Shown: piece by piece, positions 14,699 through 28,851 of the stretch
Layout of the letters: each line of letters starts with the position of its first letter
How positions within the stretch are numbered: the stretch's first letter is position 1
Origin: the human T2T-CHM13v2.0 reference genome, Homo sapiens
Direction of reading: 5' to 3'
Assembly (NCBI GenBank): GCA_009914755.4
Contig: CP068257.2
Span: 43,136,001 to 43,200,000, forward strand
DNA length: 64,000 bases
Notes under the pieces: generated by a model
Seen by the model: the letters and a program-made list of their open reading frames with translations, nothing else
Databases searched by the model: none
What the model was told of the DNA's origin: nothing
Position numbers and translations under genes: made by a program

Positions 14699-16938
14699 TG
14701 GTTTGGCTTTGTGTCCCCACACAAATTTCATCTTGAATTGTAATCTCCAGGTGTTGAGGGAGGAACCTAGTGGAAGGTGACTGGATCATGGGGGCAATTT
14801 CCTCCATGCTGTTCTCATGACAGTGAGTTCTCATGAGATCTGGTGGTTTTATAAGTGTTCGAAAGTTCCTCCTTCACTCTTCTTTCTTGCCACCTTGTGA
14901 AGAAGGTGCTTGCTTCCCCTTCGGCTTCTGTCATGATAAGTTTCCTGAGGCCTCCCTAGCCATGTGGAACTGTGAGTCAATTAAACCTCTTTCCTTTATA
15001 AATTATCCAGTCTCAGGGAAGTTCTTATAGGAGTGTGAAAACAGATGAATACAGTAAATTGGTACCAGGGGTACTGCTATAAAGATAACCTGAAAATGTG
15101 GAAGCAACTTCAGAACTGGGTAGCAGGCAGAGGTTGGAACAGTTTGAAGGGCTTAGAAGAAGGAAGATGTGGGAAAGTCTGGAACTTCCTAGAGACTTGC
15201 TGAATGCTTTTGACCAAAATGCTGATAGTGACATGGACAATGAAGCCCAGGCTGAGGTGGTCTGAAAAAGAGAAGAGGAACTTCTTGGGAACTGGAGCAA
15301 TGGTCACCCTTGCTATGTTTCAACAAAGAGAATGGTGAGATTTTGCCCCTGCCCTAGAGATCTGTGGAACTTTGAACTTGAGAGAGATGATCTGAAATTG
15401 GAACTCGTGTTTAAAAGAAAGCAGGGAATAAAAGTTTGAAAACTTCGCAGCATGACGGTGCAATAAAAAAGAAAAACCCATTTTCTGGAGAGAAATTCAA
15501 ATAAGTAACAAGGAGCCAAATATTAATCGCCAAGACAATGGGGTAAATGTCTCCAGAGCATGTCAGAGATCTTGGCAGCAGCCCCTCCCATCACAAGCAG
15601 GGAGGCCTAGGAGGGAAAAATGGTTTTGTGGGCCAGGCCCAGCCCCGCTGCTACTCTGTGCAGCCTTGGTACTTGGTGCCCTGTGTCCCAGCTGTTCCAG
15701 CTCCAGCCATAGCTAAAAAGGGCCAAGGTACCGCTCAGGCTGTTGCTTCAGAGAGTACAAACCCCAAGCCTTGGCAGCTTCCACGTGGTGTTGGGCCTGT
15801 GGGTGCAAAGAATTCAATAACTGACGTTTGGGAACCTTCACCTACATTTCAGAGGATGTAGGGAAACGCCTGGATGTCCAGACAGAAATCTGCTGCAGGG
15901 GCAGGGCCCTCATGGAGAACATCTGCTAGGGCATTGCAGAAGGGAAATGTGGGGTTGGAGCTCCCAGAGTCCCCACTGGGGCACTGCCTAGTGGAGCTGT
16001 GAGAAGAGGACAACCATCCTCCAGACCCCAGAACGGTAGATCCACCAAGAGCTTTGCACTGTGCACCTAGAAAAGCCAAAGACACTCAATGCCCACCATG
16101 AAAGTAGCTGAAGGGGGTGGGTGTGGGAGGGCTGTACCCTACAAAGCCACAGGGGCAGAGCTGCCCAAGACCATGAAAGCCACTCCCTGTATCAGTGTGC
16201 CCTGGATGTGAGACACGGGGTCACAAAGGAGACCATTTTGAGCTTTAAGATTTAATGACTGCCCAGCCGGATTTCGGACTTGCATGGGGGCCTGTAGCCC
16301 TTTGTTTCGGCCAATTTCTTCCATTGGTAATGGGAGTATTTATCCAATGCCTGTATTTCCATTGTATCTTGAAAGTAACTAACTTGCTTTTGATTTTACA
16401 GGCTGCTAGGCAGAGGGGACTTACCTTGTCAGAGATGAGACTTTGGACTTGGACTTTTGAGTTAATGACGAAATGAGTTAAGACTTTGGGGGCCTTGCTG
16501 GGAAGGCATGATTTGTTTTGAAATGGAATGGTTTTGAAAGGAACATGAGATTTGGGAGGGGTAGGGGGAGAAATGACATGGTTTGGCTTTGTGTCCCTAC
16601 CCGAATCTCACCTTGACTTGTAATCCCCAAAGTGTTGAGCGAGGAACCTGGTAGGAGGTGACTGGATCATGGGGGCAGTTTCCCTCATGCTGTTCTCGTG
16701 ATAGCGAGTTCTCAGGAGACATGATGGTTCTATAAGTGTGTGGCAAGTTCTTCCTTGGCTTGCTCTTCTCTCTCCTACCGCCTTGAGAAGAGGTCTGTTT
16801 CCCTTTCTGCCATGACTATAAGTTTCCTGAGGCCTCGTCAGTTATGCAGAACTGTGAGTCAACTAAACCTCTTTCCTTTATAATTACCCAGTCTCAGGTA
16901 GTATCTTTATGGCAGTATAAGAACGGACTAATGTACCG
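14699..16938 (+). mobile_element. Full-length ERVL-MaLR element of THE1/MST type. The 5' LTR is 14699-15045, the THE1-int-like internal region is 15046-16577, and the 3' LTR is 16578-16938.
   Basis: Both LTRs begin ATGGTTTGGCTTTGTGTCCC and end ...CTTTCCTTTATAA(A)TTA(T/C)CCAGTCTCAGG. The internal part matches THE1-int (tggtaccaggggtactgctataaagataacctgaaaatgtggaagcaacttcagaactgggtagcaggcagaggttggaacag...). The two LTRs are about 80 percent identical to each other, which indicates an old insertion. Confidence 0.8.
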
Positions 16939-17989
16939 ATTAACCGTTTAATGAACCCACAACCTTGGGTAGAACAAGGCCTACCCAAGGAAAAATTATT
17001 TCACTCAAAATACCACTAACACCTGCTGAGAAGCCCTGATCCAGGAAACAGAGGTCCTGAAGAGACCTAAGTGCTGTCACAAGGGTGTGCTGACACCCAG
17101 CAGTGAGAGAAGGCAGAGTGGCAAGGAGGGGCCAGCAAGGCAGGCCAAAGGCAAGTGCTGGCCCCAAGGGCCAAGTGCATTAAACATTTCAGGGGTGGGT
17201 GGGAACTGAATGTGAATGAGGTCAAGTACCAAGCCGACTAAGACCTTGGATTTCACAAGCCACACCCTGATGTTCTCCCTTTGTGTCTCTTCATGTGGAG
17301 TAGATCAGGAGAAATAACCACAGAACCTAATTTGCTAGGCTTCCTACACCCAGTCATCTAAAATCTAGTCCCATTCTTGTGTCTCAAGCCAAACCGCCTA
17401 ATTATAAGAAAAAAATAACAGATTAAGGCAGATAGACTGTAAACTGCTAAGCAGGTGGGGTGCGGGAGAAACACAATGTCAGTGGGCAACTAAGTAGAGG
17501 CCTGGCAGCAGAACACACAAAAGCTTTACAAATCACCTTCGTGGGACCATGAAGAAGAGCTCGTACCAAAGAGAGCTGGCTTTATTCTTCATCTGGAGTT
17601 CCCCTTTGGCACTCCCCTGCGTGACACCCTCCCTTAGGGAGGGGAAAGGGTGGTCTAAAAACTGCAGCTCCAGACCTGCTCCTGGCAATGCAGGCTCAGC
17701 ACAGAGACCTGCCCGGGTGTGCGCTGGCCTTCCCGCCAGCTTTGTTATTCAACAGTGGCCTCTACTGGTCAATAAAGAATTGCAGCAAATGAGTTCAGAG
17801 GCTGGAGGGAATGGTTCAGGGCACTTGATTTTTTCCATTTTGTTTTTTGCTTCCAAAGCATATACACGCGTACACAAAATAATATACAGTTTCATGTTTA
17901 CTGATAAGAAACAAGTTCAAAAAAAGAGACGAATCTTGGTATCAGGGAAATTTTCAGAGGCCATTCCTTGCCACTTAAAATAGTGGCTT

Positions 17990-18290
17990 AACAAATAGCT
18001 ACCACACAAAGTGAAATATAACCTTTGACCCAGCAATTCCATTTCTAGGAATCCATCCCACAGATAACATTGGTGAAGATAAAAAATGTATACACAGGCT
18101 ATTCATTTCAGGACTATTTGTAAAAACAAAAAGAAATTAAAAAGGACTTGAGTGTCTATCAACAGAGGACCAGTCAAATTATGATACATATACCAGTGGG
18201 GTACTTTGCAGCTATAAATACCTCTACATGCTAGTACAGAACAAACTTCAGGACATATTACATGAAAAAAAAGAAGGTGGAGAAAAGTGT
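17990..18290 (+). mobile_element. L1 (L1M/L1P) 3'-region fragment.
   Basis: Strings present are ..cccagcaattccatttctaggaatccatcccacagataacattggtgaagataaaaaatgtatacacaggctattcatt..ttgcagctataaatacctctacatgctagtacagaacaaacttcaggacatattacatgaaaaaaaagaagg. Confidence 0.6.
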
Positions 18291-18750
18291 GTGACTAGGG
18301 CCTTTAATGAGGTAATTAAAATTAATGTGGTCATTAGGGTGGACCTTAATCCAATCTGACTAATATCCTTTTAAGAAGAGATGAGGACACAGGCATAGAG
18401 GACAGAGCCTCAGAAGAAACCAGCCCTGCCCTATCCTTGATCTTGGACTTCCAGCCTCCAGGACTATGAGGAAATACATTTCTGTTGTTTAAGCCGTGCC
18501 CAGCCTGTGTGGTAGAGCAGCCCTAGCAAACACAGTGCTGAAACAACTGCACTGCCATTTACAAATAATTTACAAATAAACCTTGGCCTTTATCTCATAC
18601 CATATGGAAAACTTTGATATGGATCCCAAACCTAAATACAAGAGCTGAAACTATAAAACATCTAGAAGAAATCATAGGAGAAAATCCTACTGCCACCTGA
18701 TGTTTGGCAGTTATTTCTTAAATATAACACAATAGCAAGAAATATTTTAA

Positions 18751-19095
<345 letters not shown>

Positions 19096-19248
19096 AAAGA
19101 ACTAAAACTTAAGAAAATCAACACAATTTTGAAAGAAGCAAAGACTCAAGTCACTTTATCTAAAAAGACATATGGATGGCAAATAAACACGTGAAATGAT
19201 GCTCAACATCACGAGTCTTATGGAAATGCAAATGAAAACCTCAGTAAG

Positions 19249-19985
<737 letters not shown>

Positions 19986-21702
19986 TTAATACACTGCTAG
20001 GGAAATGTGAACTAGAGGAAAACTGTTTGGCCGTTTCTTTAAAAATTAAACATACACTTCCCATTATAACCCTGGTTATTTACACAGGAGAAATAAAAGC
20101 ATATATCCACAGAAAGACATGTACATTTAGGACATGCACACAGGGGGAAGATGGCCATGCGAAGATGGAGGCAGAGATTAGAATTACACTACCTCAAGCA
20201 AGAGAATGACAATAAACGCCAAGGATGACCAACAATCACCATTAGCTGGAAGAGGCAAGTAAGGGTTCTCCCCTCGAGCCCTCAAGAGGAAGAATGACCC
20301 CATCAACACCTTTATTTTAGATGTCTGGCCTCCAGAACAGTAAAAGAATAAATTTCTGTTGTGCTAAGCCCCCCATGGGCAGCCCACTTCTACCTGGGTC
20401 TATCTCTGACACTCCTAGGAAAGGCTGGATGATGAATGAAGACAGAACATCAAGACAAGACAGCAGTTTACAACAATTGAGTTCTTTCCTGGCTCTCCTT
20501 TTTTCCTGTTTATGAACCTAGGCAAAATCATCTTGTCTGTTGCTCAATTCCATAAAATCTGTAAAATTAGGGGGCTTGAACAGAATCATAGCCAAGGTCC
20601 CACCACCTCTGAATTTCTGCAGTTATATGACTACTCCCAAATACAATAAAGTGTGCATGAACATCTAACCAAATTTATCTAAACCCCTTCTATGTAGAGA
20701 TTGATTCTGTCAAGTCCACCTTTACACTGGAATGTGCTACCTTAAAATACGTTATGAGGACAAACTAGATGTTAAGATACACACACAAAAAAAACCAGTA
20801 AATGATACACAAAAAAAACCCACTAAATTTTATCACATTATTAAGATACAGGAAAAACAAAGTCCCCTCAATAACACACTGTATTCATCTTCTGTCACTG
20901 CTGTAACAAATTACCACAAATTTAGTGATTTAAAACAATACTCATTGATGATCTCAGAGTTTCCAAGCGTCAGAAGTCTGGACACAGCATGGGCCAGCTA
21001 GTTCTCTGCTCAGAGTCTCACCAGGGCTGCCACTCCAAGTTCATTGAGGTTGCTGACAGAATTCACTTCCACGGGTCTGTTGGTCTGGGATCATTCTCAG
21101 CTTCTTGAGGCTGCCCGCCTTCCTTAGGTCATGGCTCCTTCTTCCATCTTCACAGCCAGCCACAGAAGGTAGAGATCTTGTCATATGTTGAATCTCTCTG
21201 ACCACCCCCATCCTGCCTTCACTGACTGCTTTTGAGCCTTATGTTATTATTGGATCCTTCACGGTAATCCAGAATAATCTCCCACTCTTTAGGTCTGCTG
21301 ATTACTAACCTGACTTGCATCTCCAAAGTCCCTCCACCGAAGTACTAGAAAGTGCTTGAATAACAAGGGCATGGGAATCTTAGTGAGGTATGTTTAGAGT
21401 TCTACCTTCTACACATAGTCCAAAATTTCATGTTAACATGTAAAAACACACAACACACTTCCGTGACAAACCTTCGGAAATCAACCATTATTTAGGTCTT
21501 ATTACTGCAAACTAATTGACAATATAATTGAAATAACAGATGAAGCTTCTGTCAGGACAATAAAAGGGAGAACATATCTTTGCTAATGCAAATATCCTTA
21601 GAAAATGCAAGTTCAACAATGCAAAGACTGGCCTGAAGCAGCAGCCTGAACTTAATTTCCTATGCAGGGGTTTAATGATTTTCTTCTCAATAAAAATGAG
21701 AA

Positions 21703-22063
<361 letters not shown>

Positions 22064-22276
22064 CTAAAACAGAGACACAAACACAAACCAGGATACCAAG
22101 AAATGGTAGGTGTTCACACATCTGACCCACCAGCCAGGTTTCCCATGAGGACACAGAAGTAATAGTCCCCCACATCCAACCCTCTGTTCGAGTATGAACA
22201 TTGTCAGAATCAAAATGGAGTCACTTTCGCCAAACCCTGACAACATAGAGGGAGGTCAAGATGAAGACAGAAAAAT

Positions 22277-22445
22277 CAGCCAGGTGTAGGGGCACATGCC
22301 TGTAGTCTCAGCTACTCAGGTGGATTAAGTGAAAGGATAGCTTGAGCCCAGGTCAAGGCTTGCAATGAGCTGTGGTTGTGCCACTGCACTCCAACCTGGG
22401 TGACAGAGCAAGACCCTGTCTCAAAAAATAAATAAATAAATAATT
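22277..22445 (+). mobile_element. Alu right-arm fragment with an (AAAT)n tail.
   Basis: The sequence is cagccaggtgtaggggcacatgcctgtagtctcagctactcagg...ccactgcactccaacctgggtgacagagcaagaccctgtctcaaaaaataaataaataaataa. Confidence 0.8.
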
Positions 22446-22499
22446 ATTATTTGCCAAAATATGCTTAATTTTTATTGCTAAAAAATGCTAACAATCATA

Positions 22500-24900
22500 T
22501 GAGCCTTCAGCAGGTCATAATCTTTTTGCCGGTGCAGTCTTGCCCGGATATTGATGACTGCTGACTGATCAGGGTGGTAGTTGCTGAAGGCAGGAGTGGC
22601 TGTGGTAGTTTCTGAAAATAAGACAACAATTAAGTTTGCCACAGGGACTGACTCTTACTTTCACAAAAGATTGCTCTGTAGTCTGTGATGTTGTTTGACA
22701 GCACTTTACCCACAGTGGAACTTCAGTCAAAACTGGAGTCAATACCCTCAAACCCTGCGGCTGCTTTATCAACTAAATTTATGGAATAGTCTCAATCTTT
22801 TGTCATTTCAACAATGTTCACAGCATTTTCACCAGGAGTAGATTCCATCTCAAGAATCACTTCTTTGCTCATCTGTAAGACTCAACTCCCCATCTGTTCA
22901 AGTTTGATCATGAGATTGTAGCAACTGAGTGACATCTTCAGGCTCCACCTCTAATTCCAGTTCCCTTGCCATTTCTACCACACCTGCAGTTGCTTCCTCC
23001 CCTTAAAGTCATCCATGAGCATTGAAATCAACTTTTTCAAACGCCTGTTGTTGATATGGTGACCTCCCATGAATCACAGATGTTCTTAATGCCATCTAGA
23101 ATGATAAATCCTTTCCAGAAGACTTTTGATTTTCTTTGCCCAGATCCATCAAAGAAATCACTTTTCATGGCAGCTATGGCCTTATGAAATGTATTTCTTA
23201 AATAAGTCAAAAGTGCTCCCGGATCCATGGGCTGCAGAATTGGTGTTGTGTTAGCAGGCACAAAAACATTTATCTCCTTATACCTCTCCATCAGAGCTCT
23301 TGAGTGACCAGGTGCACTGTCAGGAATAGTATTTTGAAGATAATCTTTTTTTCTGAGCAGTAGGTCTCAACAGTGGGCTTATATTCAGTAAACCATGCTG
23401 TACACAGATGTGCTGTCATCCAGGTTGTTTTTCCATCTCTAGAGCTCAGAGTAGATTTAGCATAATTTTTAAGGGCCCTAAGATTTTCTGAATGATAAAT
23501 GAGAACTGGCTTCAACTCAGTCAACTTAAAGTGACCGACATTAGCCCCTAACAAGAGTCGCCCTGTCCTTTGAAGCCAGTCATTGACTTCTCTCTAGCTG
23601 TTTACGTTGTATATGGCATCATCTCCTCCCAATACCGTATAAGGCTATTTTACGTACCTTGTAAATCTATTGCTTAATTTAGGAGCCACTTTCATCTTGA
23701 TCTTAGCTAGATCTTCTGGAGACCTTGCTGCTTCACCTTGTGCTTTTCTGTTATGGAGACAGGTTATTTACTTCAATCTCATGAACCAACCTCTGTTAGC
23801 TCCCAATTTTTCTTCTGCAGCTTCCTCACTGCTCTCAGCCTTCATAAAACTGAAGAGTTAGGACCTTGCTCTGGATTAGGCTTTGGCTTAAAGGAATGTT
23901 ATGGCTGGTTTGATCTTCTATCCAAACCACTAAAACTTTCTCCATATCAGCAGTAAGGCTTTTTCACTTTATCATTCATTGTGTTCAACAGAGCAGCACT
24001 TCTAATTTCCTTTAAGAACTTTTCCTTTGCATTCACAACTTGGCTAACAAGAGACCCAGCTTTCAGCCTATCTTGACTTTCAACATTCCTTCCTCACTAA
24101 ACTTAATCATTTCTAGCTTTTGATTTGAAGTGGGTAGAGTGCAACTCTTCACTTCAACACTTGAGCCCACTGTACAGTTACTATTGGCCTAATTTCAATG
24201 TTGTTTTGTCTCAGGGAAGAGAGAGGCCGGGAGAGAGATGGGGAAACAGCCAGTCAGTGAAGCACACACAACATTTATTAGGACTACCATCTTTTATGGG
24301 CATAGTTTGTGATGCCCCAAAATAATTACAATAGTAACATCAAAGATTACTGATCATAGATCACAGTAATAGATTAAAATGTAAGAGAGAGACACGAAGC
24401 GAGCAAAAATGGTGCCAACAGACTTGCTTCCATGCAGGGTTGCTTGTAAAAAACTTGTAAACTTGTAAAAAATGCAAGATCTGCGAAGTGAAGCTCAATA
24501 AAGCAAAGCGCGCGGGAAACTGAGGTGTGCCTTTATGTTCTGCTTTAGCAGACACTAGGTGGCGAGCGTTATTTGAACGTTTACAGGAGGCCCTGTGTAT
24601 CTGCGGCTGCATATCCATGGATTCGACCAACCAGGAATACAAAATATTTGAAAAAAATAACAATAAAAAATGACGATTTAAAAATACAAGTAAAAAAAAA
24701 TCAGTGTAACTATTTGTGCAGCACTTACATTGCATTAGGTACTATAAGTAACCTTGAGATGATTTAAAAGTTATGAGAGGCTATGCATACATTAAATGCA
24801 AATACCACGCCACCTTATAGTAGGGACTTGAGCATCCGAGGATTCTGGTATCTGCAGCGGGGCCTGGAACCAATCCCCTCCAGATACCAAGGGAAGAATG
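22500..24900 (-). mobile_element. Tigger-family (pogo/Tc1-mariner superfamily) DNA transposon relic. It carries decayed transposase reading frames on the minus strand.
   Basis: The minus-strand ORFs 23037..23291 and 23291..23554 carry pogo/Tigger DDE-transposase signatures: ..[14 protein letters not shown].. (compare LQPLDQG) and ..[14 protein letters not shown]... The terminal region at 24780-24900 is TIR-like (..gcatccgaggattctggtatctgcagcggggcctggaaccaatcccctccagataccaaggg). Confidence 0.75.
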
Positions 24901-25749
24901 ACCATACGTGAGTGAGCCTGTATTTGCAACGTTTTGGTCTGCTTAAGCCAAACATCAACTCTTACTGGGCGGTGTCACCAATAGTTTTACGAAATCAAGC
25001 TACATGTATATTCACCACTTATTTTTTTTCTCACATTCATTCTTTTAGCTTAACTTTCTTCCAAAATTATCCTCAATCTAATTACAAAAGCAGCAGCTAA
25101 CTTTATTAAGGGTTACACATCAGGTATTTTGCTAAGCACTTCACCTGCAGTATCAAGTTTAACCTTTTAAGACAAGGAAACTGCAGAGACAGAGAGAGGA
25201 ACAAGGTCAAAGAGCTAACAAGCAGAGAGGCCGGGTCTGAACTCAGGCCCTGCTCTTAGCCGGCTACTATCTCGTCTCCATCGGCGACTCAGGCTCCTGG
25301 CGCTTTCAACACAATGGTATTCCAAGACTTCTCGCAGCAGTTCTTCCAAGCGGGCATTCGGTGTAAAACGATGGAATGCCGAGTGTTCCTAGGTTCTCAT
25401 TTCTCCCTTCGCTCTCCTCAGACATTAGAAATATCTAATTTACCGGGTAGGAAAGCACTCAAGAGGTTTCCTCAACACTACCTAGGAGGAGTGACAGGTG
25501 GCACTGTTCAAAAACCCTTTTCCTTCATTAGAGGGAAAGCCAAAATCTGACCTTTCAAAGCTCCACCAACGAGCCTTTCCCCTTTTAACGCATACACTTT
25601 TCCCTCCTAATTCCGCAGCAGCAAGTCAGGCCTTCTTCCTCAAGCTCTCACTGCACGTTCTCAAGGCTGCCAAGAAAAGAAAAAATAGAAGAGAAAAAAA
25701 CAAGCCCGCAAAGACTCAACTGTGTGTGCTCTCAACTAACACGGCGCCG

Positions 25750-26830
25750 GCGCTGCCTTTACTGATGCTGGGAAGGCTTCTCTTCACGACTTCACGCGTG
25801 AGAGTGGGCAGCGGGCGCAGGGCGCGGCACTCCGCGGGACCCACAGGGGGGCTCACGGTGGAGGCCCCGGGCCCGGCTCCCCCGCCAGGCTCCCTGCCCC
25901 AGCCCCGCCGGACGACGCGGGCCCGGGAGCAGGAACGCGGGACGCTGCTGACGGCCCGGGTCCCCAGACTCACGTTTGTACTCGGCCATCAGCCTCTTGA
26001 GCGCGGTCCCCGCCATGGCCCCGCAACAGCTGCGCCGAGCGACCTCGCCTCAGCCGCGCGCGTGCCTCCTGCCCCGACACCGGGGACTGCTTCCGGGCCA
26101 CCGTCGCGGGCCCAGGAACTCTTCCGGGGCGTGGCGCGTGCGCGATCGCCGAGGCGCGCTGTCCGGGTGGTGGGAGCTCAACCCGCGACCGCGGCTACGG
26201 TTCTCTTGGCTCCTGCCCTCGCCTTAGTCGCTCTGCGGGGTTGGTTCGGTCCCGGCACTTCCAGAGGCCTCAGGGTCCTGGTCTTGTAGAGACTTCCTGA
26301 ACGGTGGCGCCTGTTCCAGTGTGTGTGCGCTAACTGCCTGTTCTGTGCCAGCCGCGCGTGGCCGAAGGGCGGGAGGACGGGGGTTGTGGAGGGGAGGATG
26401 GAGGTTGGGGAGACAGGGCGGGGACGAGATAAGAGGTCGGGGGGTGGGGAGGATGGTCGCGGGGCGGTCTGGGGCTGGAGACAAGGGGCCTGAGGTGCGG
26501 GTACGCACTGAACATTCCAACCGTCCCCAGCCGGCCGGGTTTCAGGTTTGAAAAGGTGGGAAGGTTAGCTGTCCTGGCGCTTTTCCTCCACGTGTTGTGC
26601 GGCTCCGCTGGAGTTCGGGTCCAGCACCTTCTACTCCGAGGGAGAGAGCCGCGGGGAGAGCCCTGTTCGGGCCCGCGGCTCGAACTGACCGCCGGCTCTG
26701 CCGAGCAGCCTCGACCCCAGGGCACCCCCGGGAGAGAGGGCGCGGCTCAGGTCCCTGCCCGAACCCCTGGGGTGCTGAGAGACTCCCCAGCGCCCCGCGT
26801 GGGCTCCCGGCCTCTCCACAGTTGAGGATC
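25750..26830. promoter_or_regulatory. UBE2G2: CpG island and TATA-less housekeeping promoter of UBE2G2. Contains ETS-like CCGGAAG motifs and a G-rich upstream block.
   Basis: There is very high CpG density and GC content around the exon 1 start codon. Motifs gcttccgggcc (26089-26099) and ctcttccgggg (26130-26140) are present. A G-rich run on the plus strand spans 26340-26520. Confidence 0.75.
25974..26016 (-). CDS. UBE2G2: UBE2G2 coding exon 1, running from the start codon to the splice donor. Encodes MAGTALKRLMAEYK plus the first nt of the Q codon.
   Basis: The ORF-track entry 25792..26016(-) begins MAGTALKRLMAEYK, the UBE2G2 N-terminus. The revcomp is ATGGCGGGGACCGCGCTCAAGAGGCTGATGGCCGAGTACAAAC|gtgagt. 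The donor is the revcomp of 25968-25973. The 5'UTR extends upstream (higher coordinates) into the CpG island, and the TSS is not resolved. Confidence 0.9.
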
Positions 26831-28756
26831 CTGTAAGGGGCGAGCCCTTTTTCCCATAATGGCTGTAGTGAGTGGGTGTGCTTTCCCGATTGACCCGCTG
26901 TGAGGTGAGCGATTTTAACCCACATCCTTACTGACTTCACAGCACAGTAGGTGCTTCGTGGCTGTCCGGTGCAAGGATGTATATACACACACACCTTTGC
27001 AAAAAAAGTTTGCATCTCTTGCCTGGCTGTTTGTTGCAATAATCTATCATTTGTCTTTTCCTTTCCAGCATTGCAGATGATCCCTTGAAAAGAAGTCTGA
27101 TCACATTCACACTCTGCTCCGCCCATTTCACTCAGTAAAGCTGAAGTCCTGCAGTGCTTTGCTCTGCCTCCGGTCACCCCGCCATACTCCCAGACCCTCC
27201 CTCCCTCTCACTCCACTCCAGCTGCCCTGGCCTGGTTCAGAGTCCCTGACTCTTCCCTCCCCGGAAACACTTTCTGGCGGCTCTTGTCCCCGACTCTTCC
27301 CACCTGCTCTTTCAGTCTTTGCTCAAATGTTGCCTCTTCAGTGTGGCCTAGGCCGTCACCACCCGGCCTTCACCGCATACCTTTTTCTCTGCAACACCTA
27401 CTCAACACACCGTACTATAGAACTTACTGGCATGCTATAAATGTATTACCCTTATCTGTTGCCTCTAACCAAAAGCGTGTTCCATGAGAGCCATGGGTCC
27501 CTGCCTACTTCTGTCTTGTTTCTGGGGCAGCCTCTGTACCTGGACATCGTATACTCTTAACACGGATTTGTCAAATCAAATGAAATTTAACAATACAAAC
27601 TTCACAAGTATGCATAGTGTAGGAAAATTCCCCAAAATTCAAAATTTCAGTCTACCTCCATCTTTTCAAATGACCACAGTGCTTTATAAAATGACATGGT
27701 CCTTTGAGACTGTTTCAGAGAGTAATTTGTGCAAATGCAATGTGCAAAAAGTCACAGTGGAGGTGTTTCCTCCCCCATTCAAGAGCTGCTCTCTCTCTAA
27801 TCAGACAGCACCCCACACCCCAAGGCAGTCTGTCCAGTGCTCCTAAAGGAGAGCAGCTCCCCTTTTCCAGTTATGGGAGATGTGGGCAATAAAGCATTAC
27901 TGTCAATGCCGTGATGTTCACTGCAACATATGCTTGATGTTTTCATAATTTTATCCATCTTTTTCAGACATCTTACTGCAGAACACTGTATGTTTTCCAA
28001 TTATTATTTTTCAGAAATGTGGTTTACAGCTTCTATCAGGATTAGCTTCAGCTTCAAGTGACAAAAGTCACTTGAAATATGAGTTGCTGAAACAAGATGG
28101 CAGTCTCTCCCCTCAACAGGACTGTTACAACACCTTATCTTCAGAGAACCAGGCTCTCTGCAACATTTCAGGGACGTCGTTCAGTACCTTATGTGGAATT
28201 CAAGCTTAGCTGGGCATCCTATGTTTTAACTGGCTAACTCGTGGAACTCTCAACTTGGATCAAGTGGTAGTGGAGTCCCAGGGACTCTGAGCAGCCAGTG
28301 TGTGATACTGCAGGGCAGCACACCCTGGGGAGGCCAACTGTACAGAATAAAATTAATGCTTTCTATCTTTAGCAACTAAAGTTCTGAAATATAAAAAGGA
28401 CCTCACAGCTTAACCCATGTTATACGGTGGGGTTTTCCCATGAACATCACGCGTTTCCAGCTGGGCACTCCTGCAGCATGGCTAAGATGACAACTCAAGT
28501 TCCCTGGGAGTGGGGGTTCCTGGGATGTGAACCTTTCGGTGCAAAAACTGGAGAAGTTCCAGTTGGGACCCCAGGCATAGATACTAGGATAAATAGGGCC
28601 TCTCTCCTCCAGGAGCATCAATTTAACCCAAAGATTCTTGGAGTCAGTTTCACATAAGTAATCTTGTTGAAAATAGTAATCCCAACAGATCTATTTTTCC
28701 AAATGCACCATTTGCATAAATCTCAGAAAAAAGACAACTTCAAGAACATACCTTTG

Positions 28757-28851
28757 CTGGGCACCATGGCTCATGCCTGTAATCCCAACTACTTGGCAGG
28801 CTGAGGCACGAGGATCACTTGAGGCCAGGAGTCTGAGATCAGCTTGGGCAA
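28757..28851 (+). mobile_element. 5' Alu fragment (about 95 bp), abutting a MaLR LTR fragment at 28852-29036.
   Basis: The sequence is gctgggcaccatggctcatgcctgtaatcccaactacttggcaggctgaggcacgaggatcacttgaggccaggagtctgagatcagcttgggcaac. It is followed by atttatggtttggatttgtgtcc...ccatgattataagtttcctgaggcctccctagccatg...ctttataaattacccagtctcagg. Confidence 0.8.

Noticed and set aside
17549-17983. Plus-strand ORF of 144 aa in unique intronic sequence
   Set aside because: I could recognise no similarity to any protein family. It lies within UBE2G2 intron 1 on the opposite strand, with no splice signals or CpG promoter, and its length is consistent with chance in 64 kb.
25498-26289. Plus-strand ORF of 263 aa across the UBE2G2 CpG island
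   Set aside because: It is a GC-skew artefact of the same kind. The real coding sequence here is UBE2G2 exon 1 on the minus strand (MAGTALKRLMAEYK).
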